From contig CAWJIL010000003.1 of the NCBI GenBank assembly GCA_963842925.1, forward strand, positions 313,542 through 377,541: a stretch of DNA of 64,000 nt. The letters are read 5' to 3'. Within the stretch, counting starts at the first letter, position 1. Each line of letters starts with the position of its first letter. Below the pieces are notes generated by a model. It was not told the DNA's origin. It did not search any database and was given only the letters and a program-made list of their open reading frames with translations. The translations under genes were made by a program, and so were the position numbers. Positions 1-8,512 of this stretch are shown one piece after another. This DNA comes from an uncultured delta proteobacterium. GTDB taxonomy: Bacteria > Desulfobacterota > Desulfobacteria > Desulfobacterales > B30-G6.

Positions 1-72
1 GACTACATCTGGAAAGAAATCATAGGGCAATAAAAAATAGACAAGAGCCAAAAGTGACAGCACGAGTTTCAT
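1..72 (-). CDS. DUF1232/YkvA-like small membrane protein, 5' fragment (continues beyond window start)
   Basis: ATG at 72 on the minus strand gives MKLVLSLLALVYFLLPYDFFPDVV. This is a hydrophobic helix followed by a Y..P.D..PD-type motif. Only 24 codons are visible. Confidence 0.3.
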   Translation of the reverse strand, partial: MKLVLSLLALVYFLLPYDFFPDVV

Positions 73-84
73 GAAATCTAAGCA

Positions 85-600
85 TTATACCAGCTTGTAA
101 ACGCCTCTGGCGACCCTTTCAATTTTTCCTTCTTTGCTCGCCCTGTGAAGAATGTTGCTGATCTGCTTATCGCTAAGACCAGACCCTTCTTTTAATTTGG
201 AAATTGAGACGCCCTTTTTATAGCGCTTCATGAAGGCGAGAACTTTATTGGTGGGTGTGGCTGACACGGCTGGTTTTCCAGCAGGTTTTTTGGCTGCTTT
301 TTTAACTGCTTTTTTTACTGTTTTCTTGACTGTTTTCTTGGTCTTTTCTTTTTTGGGAGCCGAGGCTTTTTTTGCAACTTTCTTCCTAATCGTTTTCTTT
401 GCTGGAGCGGCCTTTTTCTTTGCTGGAGCGACCTTTGCTTTTTTTGCTGTTTCCTTTCCGGCTGCTGCCTTGGGTTTTGTTTTTTTTGCAGCTGCTGTTT
501 TCATGAGCTTTTCTGCTTTTTTGGACAATTGATCAAGTTTCTTGGATAGAGCATTGATCTCTTTGTTAACAGCTTTTAGAACTTCAGCGAGTTTCTTCAT
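85..600 (-). CDS. Lys/Ala-rich histone H1-like nucleoid protein with C-terminal winged-helix-like domain
   Basis: 171 aa. Strong SD (AGGAGG) sits upstream of ATG 600. N-terminal coiled coil, long AKK/KKA low-complexity basic tract, and a globular C-terminus (VLAFMKRYKKGVSISKLKE...GKIERVARGVYKLV). Confidence 0.75.
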   Translation of the reverse strand: MKKLAEVLKAVNKEINALSKKLDQLSKKAEKLMKTAAAKKTKPKAAAGKETAKKAKVAPAKKKAAPAKKTIRKKVAKKASAPKKEKTKKTVKKTVKKAVKKAAKKPAGKPAVSATPTNKVLAFMKRYKKGVSISKLKEGSGLSDKQISNILHRASKEGKIERVARGVYKLV

Positions 601-904
601 GCCTGTTTACCTCCTGGTTAAGGGTGATAGAAGCATTAACTTTTGTGAAAACCGGTTTCGCCTTGACTACGTTGGAAATTAAAGAACTGTTCGACAATAT
701 AAAAAATAATGTTTGAGAGTTGAGCGACACAAAATGTCTAACCACCAAGCGAGCAATCGTCTGTGTTACGGTACGGAAGGAGATGTTTATCCGAGAAGTC
801 GGCCTCGGAAATGCATGAACGACTACCTAAGAACATTCTTACTACTGTTAACGTATAAGATAGTTCGATGCAAGAAAAAAAGTTGCAGGGGTACAAGCGT
901 CTCC

Positions 905-1300
905 TCATTCCCATCGATTGCCGCCCTTGTGCTTTAGATCGATGTATTCCACGGTTCCTTGCTTACCAATAAAAGAATTGAGCAACCAGCTGATAATGCT
1001 GATGAGAAATGCGCCCCACACCGATGCCCAAAAACCGTAAACATCAAAACCTGGTATGATGGCGGAAGCGAGCTTGAGCATAATGGCATTAATGACAAAT
1101 GTAAATAATCCCAGACTTAAGATATTGACAGGCAAGGTCAGTATTAGAGCGATAGGACGAAAGAAGGCATTGAAAATACCCAAAGCAGCGGCTGCAAAAA
1201 CAGCCGAGAAAACACCCGACACCCTGATACCGTCGATCATGTAGGATGCGACGATTATTGCCGCTGTCAATGTGAGCCATCTTATTGTCAATCCATTCAT
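905..1300 (-). CDS. DUF360 / phage holin family IV-like integral membrane protein
   Basis: 131 aa with 4 predicted TM helices. The sequence pattern (LTLTAAIIVASY...FRPIALILTLPVNILSLGLFTFVINA) is typical of the YvlD/DUF360 family. Confidence 0.8.
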   Translation of the reverse strand: MNGLTIRWLTLTAAIIVASYMIDGIRVSGVFSAVFAAAALGIFNAFFRPIALILTLPVNILSLGLFTFVINAIMLKLASAIIPGFDVYGFWASVWGAFLISIISWLLNSFIGKQGTVEYIDLKHKGGNRWE

Positions 1301-1364
1301 GGTAAATGTCCCCTTTAAATAGTTTCCGGCAAATCAAAGCTTTTCCCGTGTTCAAACAGGCGGT

Positions 1365-3224
1365 TCAAGATTCTATCTCTTTCAGTTTTTTATTAAAATA
1401 GGATTCGGCCTGTTCCTTATCCTCATAGAGTTTTTCCATTTCAGCGAAAAGAGACTCAATATTTGCCTGACCTTTATGAATCTTCCGAGATATCTCAGAT
1501 ATTTTTCCGCCGTCATTTGACTGTGAGGCATTTATCATGGCCTCATTGAGAATATGAACATTTTTTTCAAGGAGGTCGATGTCTTCCTCGACTTTCTTGA
1601 TTCGTTTGTCAAGTGGTTTAACTTTTTGACTTTTCTCAACTACAATCTCAGACCGCATCCGACGGATAGCTTTCTTGCTTAATTTGGCCGAAACCGGCAT
1701 TTCTTCCGGTATTCCTGTTATGCTCCCCTTTTCATCGACCTCATCGCTCCACCCCTCTTTATCGAGAAATTGTTGATAACTCCCTTCAAAGAGGTGTACC
1801 TCTTCGTTTTGAAATACCACAAGTCTATCTGCAAGGGCATGCAGGAACATTTCGTTGTGGGTTACAATAATCACCGTACCATCAAAGCTGTCCAGTGCTG
1901 CCAGCAGTGCATCGCATGAATCCATATCCAAATGGTTGGTGGGCTCATCCAAAAGTAGCAGATTAACAGGAACGGCCAGAATCTTTCCCAGAAGAACCCG
2001 GCTTTTTTCTCCGCCGGACAGGACACCGATTTTCTTGAGTGCGGCATCACCTTCGAACATCATGGCGCCGCAAATATCTCTGGCTCTCTGGCGATCGACA
2101 TCTTCATGGGCATAAGCAATCTCCTCTTCAACAGTTCGTGTTGCAATGAGAGATTGCACATTGGTTTGTTCAAAGAGCCCGATATCGATATTCGGATTGT
2201 AGACGATGCTCCCTGTGTCAGGCGTCAGAATCCCGGCCAGGATTTTCAGCAAGGTTGTTTTACCCTTGCCGTTTTTTCCGACAATACAGATGCGGTCGCC
2301 TGTATTTACGGAAAAACTCAAATCCTTTATCAAAGAGATTTTTGAGTCATATGAAAAAGACTGTTGTTCCGCGCGCAGTACATGCTTTCCCCGGAAAAGT
2401 TTACTGCGAAAAGAGAATTCCAGGGTTTTCAACTGATCGAGCTTATCCTTTTTCTCCATTTTATCGATGGTTTTTATTCTCGATTGAACCATATTTGCAA
2501 GCCGCGCCTTCGCTCTGAAACGCGATATGAATTGATTGATCTCCTTTTTACGACGCTCATCATTTTGACGTGTTTTCTCATAGACCTCTTCATCCTGTGC
2601 TATCTGGGTATAATACTTTTCTGTATTTCCGGAAATTTTTCGAATCTTTTTCCGATGAATTCCCAGAACATGGGTCACCACTTTGTCCATAAATCCCCGG
2701 TCATGGGTTATGAGCATTATTTCGTGGGGCCATTTAACAAGGTATTTCTCAATCCAGCGTATAGAAGTGATATCCAGGTAGTTTGTCGGTTCATCGAGCA
2801 ACAGGAGATCAGGCTCGGAAACAATGGCCTTGGCCAGATTGAGGCGCACCTGGAATCCACCGGAAAATTCCTCCGGGGGACGCTGCATGTCACGTTGAGA
2901 ATATCCCAACCCAGCCAGAATCTTCTCCACTTCCCAATGGTTATGCTTTCTGTCGTCGGGCAGTCCTTTCATCCCCTCTTCCAGAACCGTTCGCTCCGTA
3001 AAGCCCAACAACTGTCGCACAATTCCGATTCGATAATTTCTTGGAATTGTTATGACACCTTCATCGCAAGATTCTTCCCCCATGATCATCCGGAAAAGAG
3101 TGGTTTTTCCATGACCGTTTCTACCCACCAGGCCAACCCGTTCTCTGGAGCCTATTTTAAAATTGACACCATCAAAAAGTTTTTGCCCTGAAAAACTTTT
3201 TTGCAGATTTTCTATTCGAATCAT
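1365..3224 (-). CDS. ABC-F family ATPase (tandem ABC domains, no TM; Uup/YheS-like)
   Basis: Two Walker A motifs (GRNGHGKTT, GKNGKGKTT), two ABC signatures (FSGGFQVRL, LSGGEKSRV) and a C-terminal coiled coil. I moved the start to ATG 3224 (MIRIENLQKSF), because the 26 upstream codons of the ORF lie inside repeat R2. Confidence 0.93.
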   Translation of the reverse strand: MIRIENLQKSFSGQKLFDGVNFKIGSRERVGLVGRNGHGKTTLFRMIMGEESCDEGVITIPRNYRIGIVRQLLGFTERTVLEEGMKGLPDDRKHNHWEVEKILAGLGYSQRDMQRPPEEFSGGFQVRLNLAKAIVSEPDLLLLDEPTNYLDITSIRWIEKYLVKWPHEIMLITHDRGFMDKVVTHVLGIHRKKIRKISGNTEKYYTQIAQDEEVYEKTRQNDERRKKEINQFISRFRAKARLANMVQSRIKTIDKMEKKDKLDQLKTLEFSFRSKLFRGKHVLRAEQQSFSYDSKISLIKDLSFSVNTGDRICIVGKNGKGKTTLLKILAGILTPDTGSIVYNPNIDIGLFEQTNVQSLIATRTVEEEIAYAHEDVDRQRARDICGAMMFEGDAALKKIGVLSGGEKSRVLLGKILAVPVNLLLLDEPTNHLDMDSCDALLAALDSFDGTVIIVTHNEMFLHALADRLVVFQNEEVHLFEGSYQQFLDKEGWSDEVDEKGSITGIPEEMPVSAKLSKKAIRRMRSEIVVEKSQKVKPLDKRIKKVEEDIDLLEKNVHILNEAMINASQSNDGGKISEISRKIHKGQANIESLFAEMEKLYEDKEQAESYFNKKLKEIES

Positions 3225-3304
3225 AAAATCACTTCGCGCTTTTATCTGACGCGGCAAAGCCGCTTTAAGCTGAGCCTCCACCCGCGGAGCGGGTGTGCTC
3301 AACT

Positions 3305-3388
3305 AGCCCCCTCGAAGGGGGCTGGAATATCCAATGTCGAATATCGATACCATGAATTTCGAAGTGATGCTTCCCAGCTTAAAGAACA
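3305..3388 (+). repeat. Repeat family R2 (GC hairpin + AT-rich inverted arms)
   Basis: AGCCCCCTCGAAGGGGGCTGGAATATCCAATGTCGAATATCGATACCATGAATTTCGAAGTGATGCTTCCCAGCTTAAAGAA. The second copy at 42223-42306 differs at only about 6 of 84 positions. Confidence 0.85.
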
Positions 3389-3705
3389 TAGGAAGATAGA
3401 GCGCAGCGATACAACACTTCAATATTCTACATTCCTTGTTCGACATTCGATATTTTCCTTTATAATTTTCACCGGATCGGTTGAACTTTTCCGGGTCCTA
3501 CACCAGCGGTGGAGGTTTTAGCTCAGAATAATTATCGATTGAAAATTAGTACATGCATCCACTCAGGTCAATCAGGAATATAAAAACAGGTATGAAAGTG
3601 GAATTCCCGGCTTAAAAAGGACAGAGTAGCTTTCGATTTTACAAAAGTTTAACATTTGCGTATGATGGGAAATGTTTGGGCAAACAATTTTCAGGGGTAT
3701 TGAAC

Positions 3706-4659
3706 ATGAACCGTACAAAATGGCTGATCCATCCTGTTTTCATACTGGTCATCTCGATTTTGGCACTTGTCACATCGCTTTTTCTCTATATCTACTGGTA
3801 TATTGAAATCAGCAGTGGTCTCAAGTCGATTGTCAAGCGTTTCAACCTCGAGACGGGACAATTTTTCACATCCCAGACATGGTTTGTTATCATGGTTCTC
3901 ACGGTACTCGTCGGTGTCATCATCATGGGAATTTTTATTATATTTGTTTATAATCTGAAAACGCTGCGGCTGTACCGGCTGCAACACAACTTTATCAACA
4001 ACTTTACCCATGAGCTGAAAACACCGGTTACATCCCTTAAGTTGTATCTTGAGACATTTCAAAAACATGAACTCTCACGGATAAATCAGCTAAAATATAT
4101 CCAATATATGCTCAGTGATGTAGGGCGTCTTTCCGAAGATATCACCCGCATCCTGAACCTGGCTCAGATCGAGAGCAAACGCCACGCAGGTGAATATGTT
4201 TTCAAAAACCTGCCGGAAACCATCGAGGATTTCTATCGGAAAAACTCACATCTATTCAGGGATTGTGATATTCAAGTCCATCTTCCCAAAGGTGAACCCT
4301 ATTTCTATCTGATTATCCCCCCGATGTTTGAAATGCTTTTAATGAATCTGGTTACCAACGCCATCAAGTACAACAATGCCGCTGTTCCGCGAATCGATAT
4401 TACGTTTGAAAAACAGAAAAAGAAATTCATCATTCGATTCAAGGATAACGGTATCGGTATCGACAAGTCGGAATTAAAGAAAATATTCAAAAAGTTCTAT
4501 CAAGTAGGGAGCGCAGATGATATGTCGGCAAAGGGGAGTGGTCTGGGTCTCTACCTCGCAGATCACATAGCAAAAATCCATAAAGGGAAAATTACTGCGG
4601 AAAGTGCCGGCTCTGACAAAGGTTCCATTTTTAACTTGATTCTGCCCTTGAGGAATTGA
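3706..4659 (+). CDS. Two-component sensor histidine kinase
   Basis: Two N-terminal TM helices. H-box FTHELKTPVTSL. HATPase boxes NLVTNAIKYN, DNGIGI, GSGLGLYL. ATG 3706 preferred over the TTG at 3676. Confidence 0.9.
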   Translation: MNRTKWLIHPVFILVISILALVTSLFLYIYWYIEISSGLKSIVKRFNLETGQFFTSQTWFVIMVLTVLVGVIIMGIFIIFVYNLKTLRLYRLQHNFINNFTHELKTPVTSLKLYLETFQKHELSRINQLKYIQYMLSDVGRLSEDITRILNLAQIESKRHAGEYVFKNLPETIEDFYRKNSHLFRDCDIQVHLPKGEPYFYLIIPPMFEMLLMNLVTNAIKYNNAAVPRIDITFEKQKKKFIIRFKDNGIGIDKSELKKIFKKFYQVGSADDMSAKGSGLGLYLADHIAKIHKGKITAESAGSDKGSIFNLILPLRN

Positions 4660-4664
4660 CCAAC

Positions 4665-5417
4665 ATGAAACCGATTGAAAAAAAACGTGTTCTCGTTATT
4701 GAAGATGATCACCACATTGCCGAAGGCCTTAATCTGAACCTGTCATTGCAAGGTTACGACGTCGGTATCGCCCCGAATGGCGTGACCGGTCTTCAAATGT
4801 GGCAGGAGTGGCGACCGGATCTGATCGTCCTTGACATCATGCTCCCCGGAATTGACGGCCTCTCCATTCTGCGAAATATCCGACTGGAAGACGAAAAAAT
4901 CCCAATTTTGATTTTATCGGCAAAGGTAGAGACCGATTACAAGGTCAAGGGTCTCGCCTACGGTGTTGACGACTACCTCACCAAGCCCTTCAGTCTGGAA
5001 GAGTTTCTACTGCGTGTGGATCGTCTCCTTAAAAGAGCTTCCTGGAGCAATCCAAGCAAGGCTATTGCAAACGCTCTTTCTGAAAACGAAACCCGTGTTT
5101 TTTCTTTTGGCGGCAATCAGATCGATTTTGAAACCATGACGGCATCCTGCAAAACCGGAAAGGTTCATTTAACGGAGCAGGAAGCCAAACTATTAAAATT
5201 GTTTCTGATGAACCCGGGGAAACCCCTCTCACGCGACAAGCTGCTCCAGATCGGATGGGGGTATACCAAGGGAACGACCACGCGAACCGTGGACAATTTT
5301 ATTGTCCGATTCCGAAAATATTTTGAAGACAACCCTAAAAAGCCGTCTTACTTTATCAGTATCAGATCGGTTGGCTATGTTTTCTACAATGATCATAAAT
5401 CCAATAAAGGAAAGTAA
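4665..5417 (+). CDS. OmpR/PhoB-family response regulator
   Basis: REC domain (VLVIEDD, DLIVLDIMLPGIDG, LTKPF) plus a winged-helix DNA-binding domain (TRTVDNFIVRFRKYF). It overlaps the end of the kinase gene. Confidence 0.92.
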   Translation: MKPIEKKRVLVIEDDHHIAEGLNLNLSLQGYDVGIAPNGVTGLQMWQEWRPDLIVLDIMLPGIDGLSILRNIRLEDEKIPILILSAKVETDYKVKGLAYGVDDYLTKPFSLEEFLLRVDRLLKRASWSNPSKAIANALSENETRVFSFGGNQIDFETMTASCKTGKVHLTEQEAKLLKLFLMNPGKPLSRDKLLQIGWGYTKGTTTRTVDNFIVRFRKYFEDNPKKPSYFISIRSVGYVFYNDHKSNKGK

Positions 5418-5504
5418 AGAATCCTAGCCCAAAGAACCAGGTTTTTAATAATGGAATAAATACCCGGTCCAAAAGACCCGATTTTAATAACAAGAGGCCC
5501 AACC

Positions 5505-6308
5505 ATGCTTGAATCTAACTCCCATAAAACCATGATGTTCGAAAACAATACTTTCCGGACAAAAGACCAGGAGTTGATCCTTGAAGAACCCCTGTCATTG
5601 CGCATCGATGGCAATCCATACGCAGTTGTCATGCGAACACCTGGTGATGAGATTTTTCATGCGGCAGGGTTTTTTCTGTCCGAAGGGTTGGTCAATCATA
5701 AAGATAATTTCACCACGATTGGATACTGCACCGAAGAAGGCGTCAATGTGGTAACCGCCACACTCCAGCCAGAGCGAAAAAAAATCGTAAAAGATCTTCT
5801 GGAAAGACGCGGTTTTGTCAGTCAGACCAGCTGTGGCATCTGCGGCAAGGAGTTGATAAAGGACATTTATCAGATTGTAAAGCCAGTAGCCACAAACCTG
5901 GGTATGTCCATAAAGGACGCTGGATCGTGCTTTGGAAAACTTGTGGATACGCAGTCCTTGTACAAGACAACCCGGGGGGCCCATGCGGCAATGGTCCTGG
6001 ATAACCGTTTGAAGCCCATGGCATTTGCAGAGGACGTGGGACGGCACAACGCACTCGACAAAGCCATCGGCAAGGTTTTTATGGAGACACGGCTACACGA
6101 ATCCAGTCTGGTGGTGATGTCCTCACGCATCAGCTACGAACTTGTTCAAAAAGCGGCCAGAGCAGGACTCGAGATGATCATCGCCCTCTCCCGCCCCACG
6201 GCACTTGCCGTTGACCTGGCGTCACGGCTGAACATGACGCTGGCATGTATCGACAAAAGCGATGCCGTGATGGTTTTCTGCGGCAGTGAACGTTTTGAAC
6301 GGCGATAA
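5505..6308 (+). CDS. fdhD: Formate dehydrogenase accessory sulfurtransferase FdhD
   Basis: 267 aa. Family-typical SCGICG loop, HAA/GRHNALDK motifs, and correct length. Confidence 0.9.
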   Translation: MLESNSHKTMMFENNTFRTKDQELILEEPLSLRIDGNPYAVVMRTPGDEIFHAAGFFLSEGLVNHKDNFTTIGYCTEEGVNVVTATLQPERKKIVKDLLERRGFVSQTSCGICGKELIKDIYQIVKPVATNLGMSIKDAGSCFGKLVDTQSLYKTTRGAHAAMVLDNRLKPMAFAEDVGRHNALDKAIGKVFMETRLHESSLVVMSSRISYELVQKAARAGLEMIIALSRPTALAVDLASRLNMTLACIDKSDAVMVFCGSERFERR

Positions 6309-6358
6309 AGAGCGCTGACTCCCTAGGTTCTGCCTTGCGGCAGCGCTTCGCATGCTAC
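6309..6358 (-). repeat. R1 repeat copy, inverted orientation, directly after fdhD stop
   Basis: The reverse complement reads GTAGCATGCGAAGCGCTGCCGCAAGGCAGAACCTAGGGAGTCAGCGCTCT. Confidence 0.75.
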
Positions 6359-6509
6359 GGGTCAGTGAGCAAATCAAATAGATAATACCCTTGACACAGG
6401 CTACCACTTTGTTACATACTTACATAAATTATTTTACGATGTTATTTGACCGTGTTCCTCAACAGGCACAAGTCTGAACAGTCTTATTCATAAAAATGGT
6501 GATAACGCT

Positions 6510-6899
6510 ATGGACAGTGTTGAATTCTCTTTGTTTCGGAAAAAGCTGCAAAAAACGCAAAAAGAACTTGCCCAGTTGCTGGGAACATCCCTTAAAGCCA
6601 TTCACAGCTACGAGCAGGCCTGGAGAACAATCCCTCCCCATGTTGAAAGACAGCTGTTTTATCTGATATTAAAAAAAAGAGGTCTGCTGGACCGTCAAAA
6701 GAACTGCTGGACCGTCAAAAAATGCCCCCCTGAAAGACGCAAAGCCTGCCCTGCCTGGGAGTTTCAATCAGGCGACATGTGTTGGTTCACCTGTGGTACC
6801 CTTTGTGCCAACACGGTCCAGGAAAACTGGGCTAATAAAATGCTTCTTTGCCGGTCCTGTGAAGTTCTTGCACCCATTCTTGATGCCGTAAAAACCTGA
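6510..6899 (+). CDS. XRE-type HTH regulator fused to Cys-rich domain with two CW motifs
   Basis: N-terminal HTH (LQKTQKELAQLLGTSLKAIHSYEQ). The C-terminal 65 aa contain 8 Cys (CWTVKKCPPERRKACPAW...CWFTCGTLC...CRSC). Confidence 0.75.
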   Translation: MDSVEFSLFRKKLQKTQKELAQLLGTSLKAIHSYEQAWRTIPPHVERQLFYLILKKRGLLDRQKNCWTVKKCPPERRKACPAWEFQSGDMCWFTCGTLCANTVQENWANKMLLCRSCEVLAPILDAVKT

Positions 6900-6917
6900 G
6901 TTGAAAACAATCCCGAC

Positions 6918-7355
6918 ATGAAAATCGTATCCATCGCCATCAGCAAGAAAAAAGGAACCCGCAAAACACCGGTTTCCTCCGTCCGATTGGTAGAAGAGCA
7001 CGGCATCGAAGGGGATGCGCACGCCGGCCCCTGGCACCGCCAAGTAAGCCTTCTGGCCACAGAAGATATTCAGGGTATGCAGGCAAAAGGGCTGGATGTG
7101 AACTTCGGAGATTTTGCCGAAAACATCGCCACCAGTGGCATTGATTTGCCTGGTTTGCCCATCGGAAGTCGTCTTCGGATAGGGGCTAGCGTATTGCTTG
7201 AAATCACACAGATCGGCAAGGAATGCCACAACAAGTGTGCCATTTACTACCAGGCAGGTGACTGCATCATGCCCAAAAGAGGTATTTTCGCCAGGGTGAT
7301 CACGGGTGGGGAAATATCCTGCAACGATGATATTCAGATTATGGATCATTCCTAA
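6918..7355 (+). CDS. MOSC domain protein (Moco sulfurase C-terminal domain family)
   Basis: 145 aa. Beta-barrel MOSC pattern (GIEGDAHAG...RQVSLL...GDFAENI...G..L.IG...LEITQIGKECH). Confidence 0.85.
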   Translation: MKIVSIAISKKKGTRKTPVSSVRLVEEHGIEGDAHAGPWHRQVSLLATEDIQGMQAKGLDVNFGDFAENIATSGIDLPGLPIGSRLRIGASVLLEITQIGKECHNKCAIYYQAGDCIMPKRGIFARVITGGEISCNDDIQIMDHS

Positions 7356-7410
7356 TCGCGTTGATCCAAATATAGGAATTCTGTCAAATATAGATTTACT
7401 CGCTAAGCCC

Positions 7411-7473
7411 GCAGCATGTGAAGCACTGCCGCACGGCAGAACCTACGGGGAGTGCGCTCGCTGTTTCGGTTCA
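7411..7473 (+). repeat. Dispersed intergenic repeat family R1 (core GCAGCATGCGAAGCACTGCCGCACGGCAGAACCTACGGGGAATGCGCTCGCTGTTTCGGTTCA)
   Basis: Near-identical copies occur at 42325-42393, 49630-49692, 53831-53893 and 61051-61113 (+), and at 6309-6358 and 53229-53262 (-, the latter partial). A truncated copy lies at 34625-34662. Confidence 0.85.
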
Positions 7474-7489
7474 GAGTTTGGAAAAATAG

Positions 7490-8512
7490 ATGCTGATAGA
7501 TAATTTTTTGAGCCATGGGCAAAAATTTCTAGGCTGTCAATATCCCATCATGTGCGGCGCCATGACCTGGATCAGCGATTTCAGGCTTGTGGGAGATATT
7601 GGGAATGCTGGTGGTTTTGGATTTTTAGCCGGTGGCAATACGCCCGTGGACAGCCTTGAAAAAGAGATTGTGGCTGTCCGGGAGTATTCGGACAAAGCGT
7701 TTGGGATCAACCTCATAACAGTTTCACCGATTTACAAAGACCAGTTAAAAATGGTCTGCGACATGAAATGCGACATCATCATGTTTGCAGGCTCGATACC
7801 AAGGGAGACAGAAATCCGGCAGGCCCAGGACTCCGGTGCTAAAATAATCTGCTTTGCCCCCACGGCACCTCTGGCCATGCGGCTCATAAAAATGGGTACG
7901 GATTCATTGATGCTGGAGGGATCTGAAGCCGGTGGCCACATCGGTCCTGTGGCGCTCTCCGTATTGTTGCAGGAGGTTCTCTTTAAAATCGATACCGTCC
8001 CGATTTTTGTTGCCGGGGGTATTGCAACGGGCCGCATGATGGCCCACCTGCTCATGATGGGAGCTGCCGGCATCCAAATGGGTACCCGCTTTGTCATGTC
8101 TGAGGAGTGTAAGGCGCACCCGGATTTCAAGGAAACATTCAGAAAAGCCAAAGCCAAAGATGCCGTGGCAACCCCTCAGTTTGACAGTCGCCTGCCTGTC
8201 ATCCCCGTGAGAGCTTTGAAAAACAAAGGGACCACCCAATTCGGAAAACTTCAGCTCGAGGTCATGCAGCAACTGAACAGCGGTGCCATCGACCCGCAGC
8301 AGGCTCAGTTCGAAGTTGAAAACTTCTGGGCCGGTGCGCTCCGGGAGGCGGCGATAGAAGGAAAGGTTCGTTCAGGATCGTTAATGGCCGGCCAATCGGT
8401 GGGTCTGGCGGACAAGATCATGCCCATCAGGGACATTATTGCCGAACTTGTCCAGGATGCGGAAACCGAGCTCCAAAGGTTGCATGAGATGTTCAACACT
8501 TCATGCAGATGA
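7490..8512 (+). CDS. NAD(P)H-dependent flavin oxidoreductase, nitronate monooxygenase/FabK-like
   Basis: 340 aa TIM-barrel NMO family (YPIMCGAMTWISD, GFGFLAGG, EAGGHIG, VAGGIATG). Confidence 0.88.
   Translation: MLIDNFLSHGQKFLGCQYPIMCGAMTWISDFRLVGDIGNAGGFGFLAGGNTPVDSLEKEIVAVREYSDKAFGINLITVSPIYKDQLKMVCDMKCDIIMFAGSIPRETEIRQAQDSGAKIICFAPTAPLAMRLIKMGTDSLMLEGSEAGGHIGPVALSVLLQEVLFKIDTVPIFVAGGIATGRMMAHLLMMGAAGIQMGTRFVMSEECKAHPDFKETFRKAKAKDAVATPQFDSRLPVIPVRALKNKGTTQFGKLQLEVMQQLNSGAIDPQQAQFEVENFWAGALREAAIEGKVRSGSLMAGQSVGLADKIMPIRDIIAELVQDAETELQRLHEMFNTSCR

Noticed and set aside
230-532. 100-aa Phe/Ala-rich plus-strand ORF
   Set aside because: It is the antisense reading of the AAG/GCN-rich histone-like gene (Lys codons read as Phe/Leu). 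It has no start context.
1365-3302. N-terminal extensions of several ORF-track entries (ABC-F to 3302, ftsK to 14670, plsC to 17227, tmk to 27301, fadB-like from 42622, aminotransferase to 10080)
   Set aside because: The extensions lack similarity to the respective families, and they overlap upstream genes or repeats. Internal ATG or GTG codons with SD sequences or stop-start overlaps give family-typical N-termini.
3201-3521. ORFs 3201..3521 and 42189..42410 share a conserved peptide (KGAGISN[VI]E[YH]RYHEFRSD), which suggested a small conserved protein
   Set aside because: The similarity is confined to the R2 nucleotide repeat. All six nucleotide differences between the copies are non-synonymous, and the flanking parts of the two ORFs are unrelated. 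This is a non-coding repeat.
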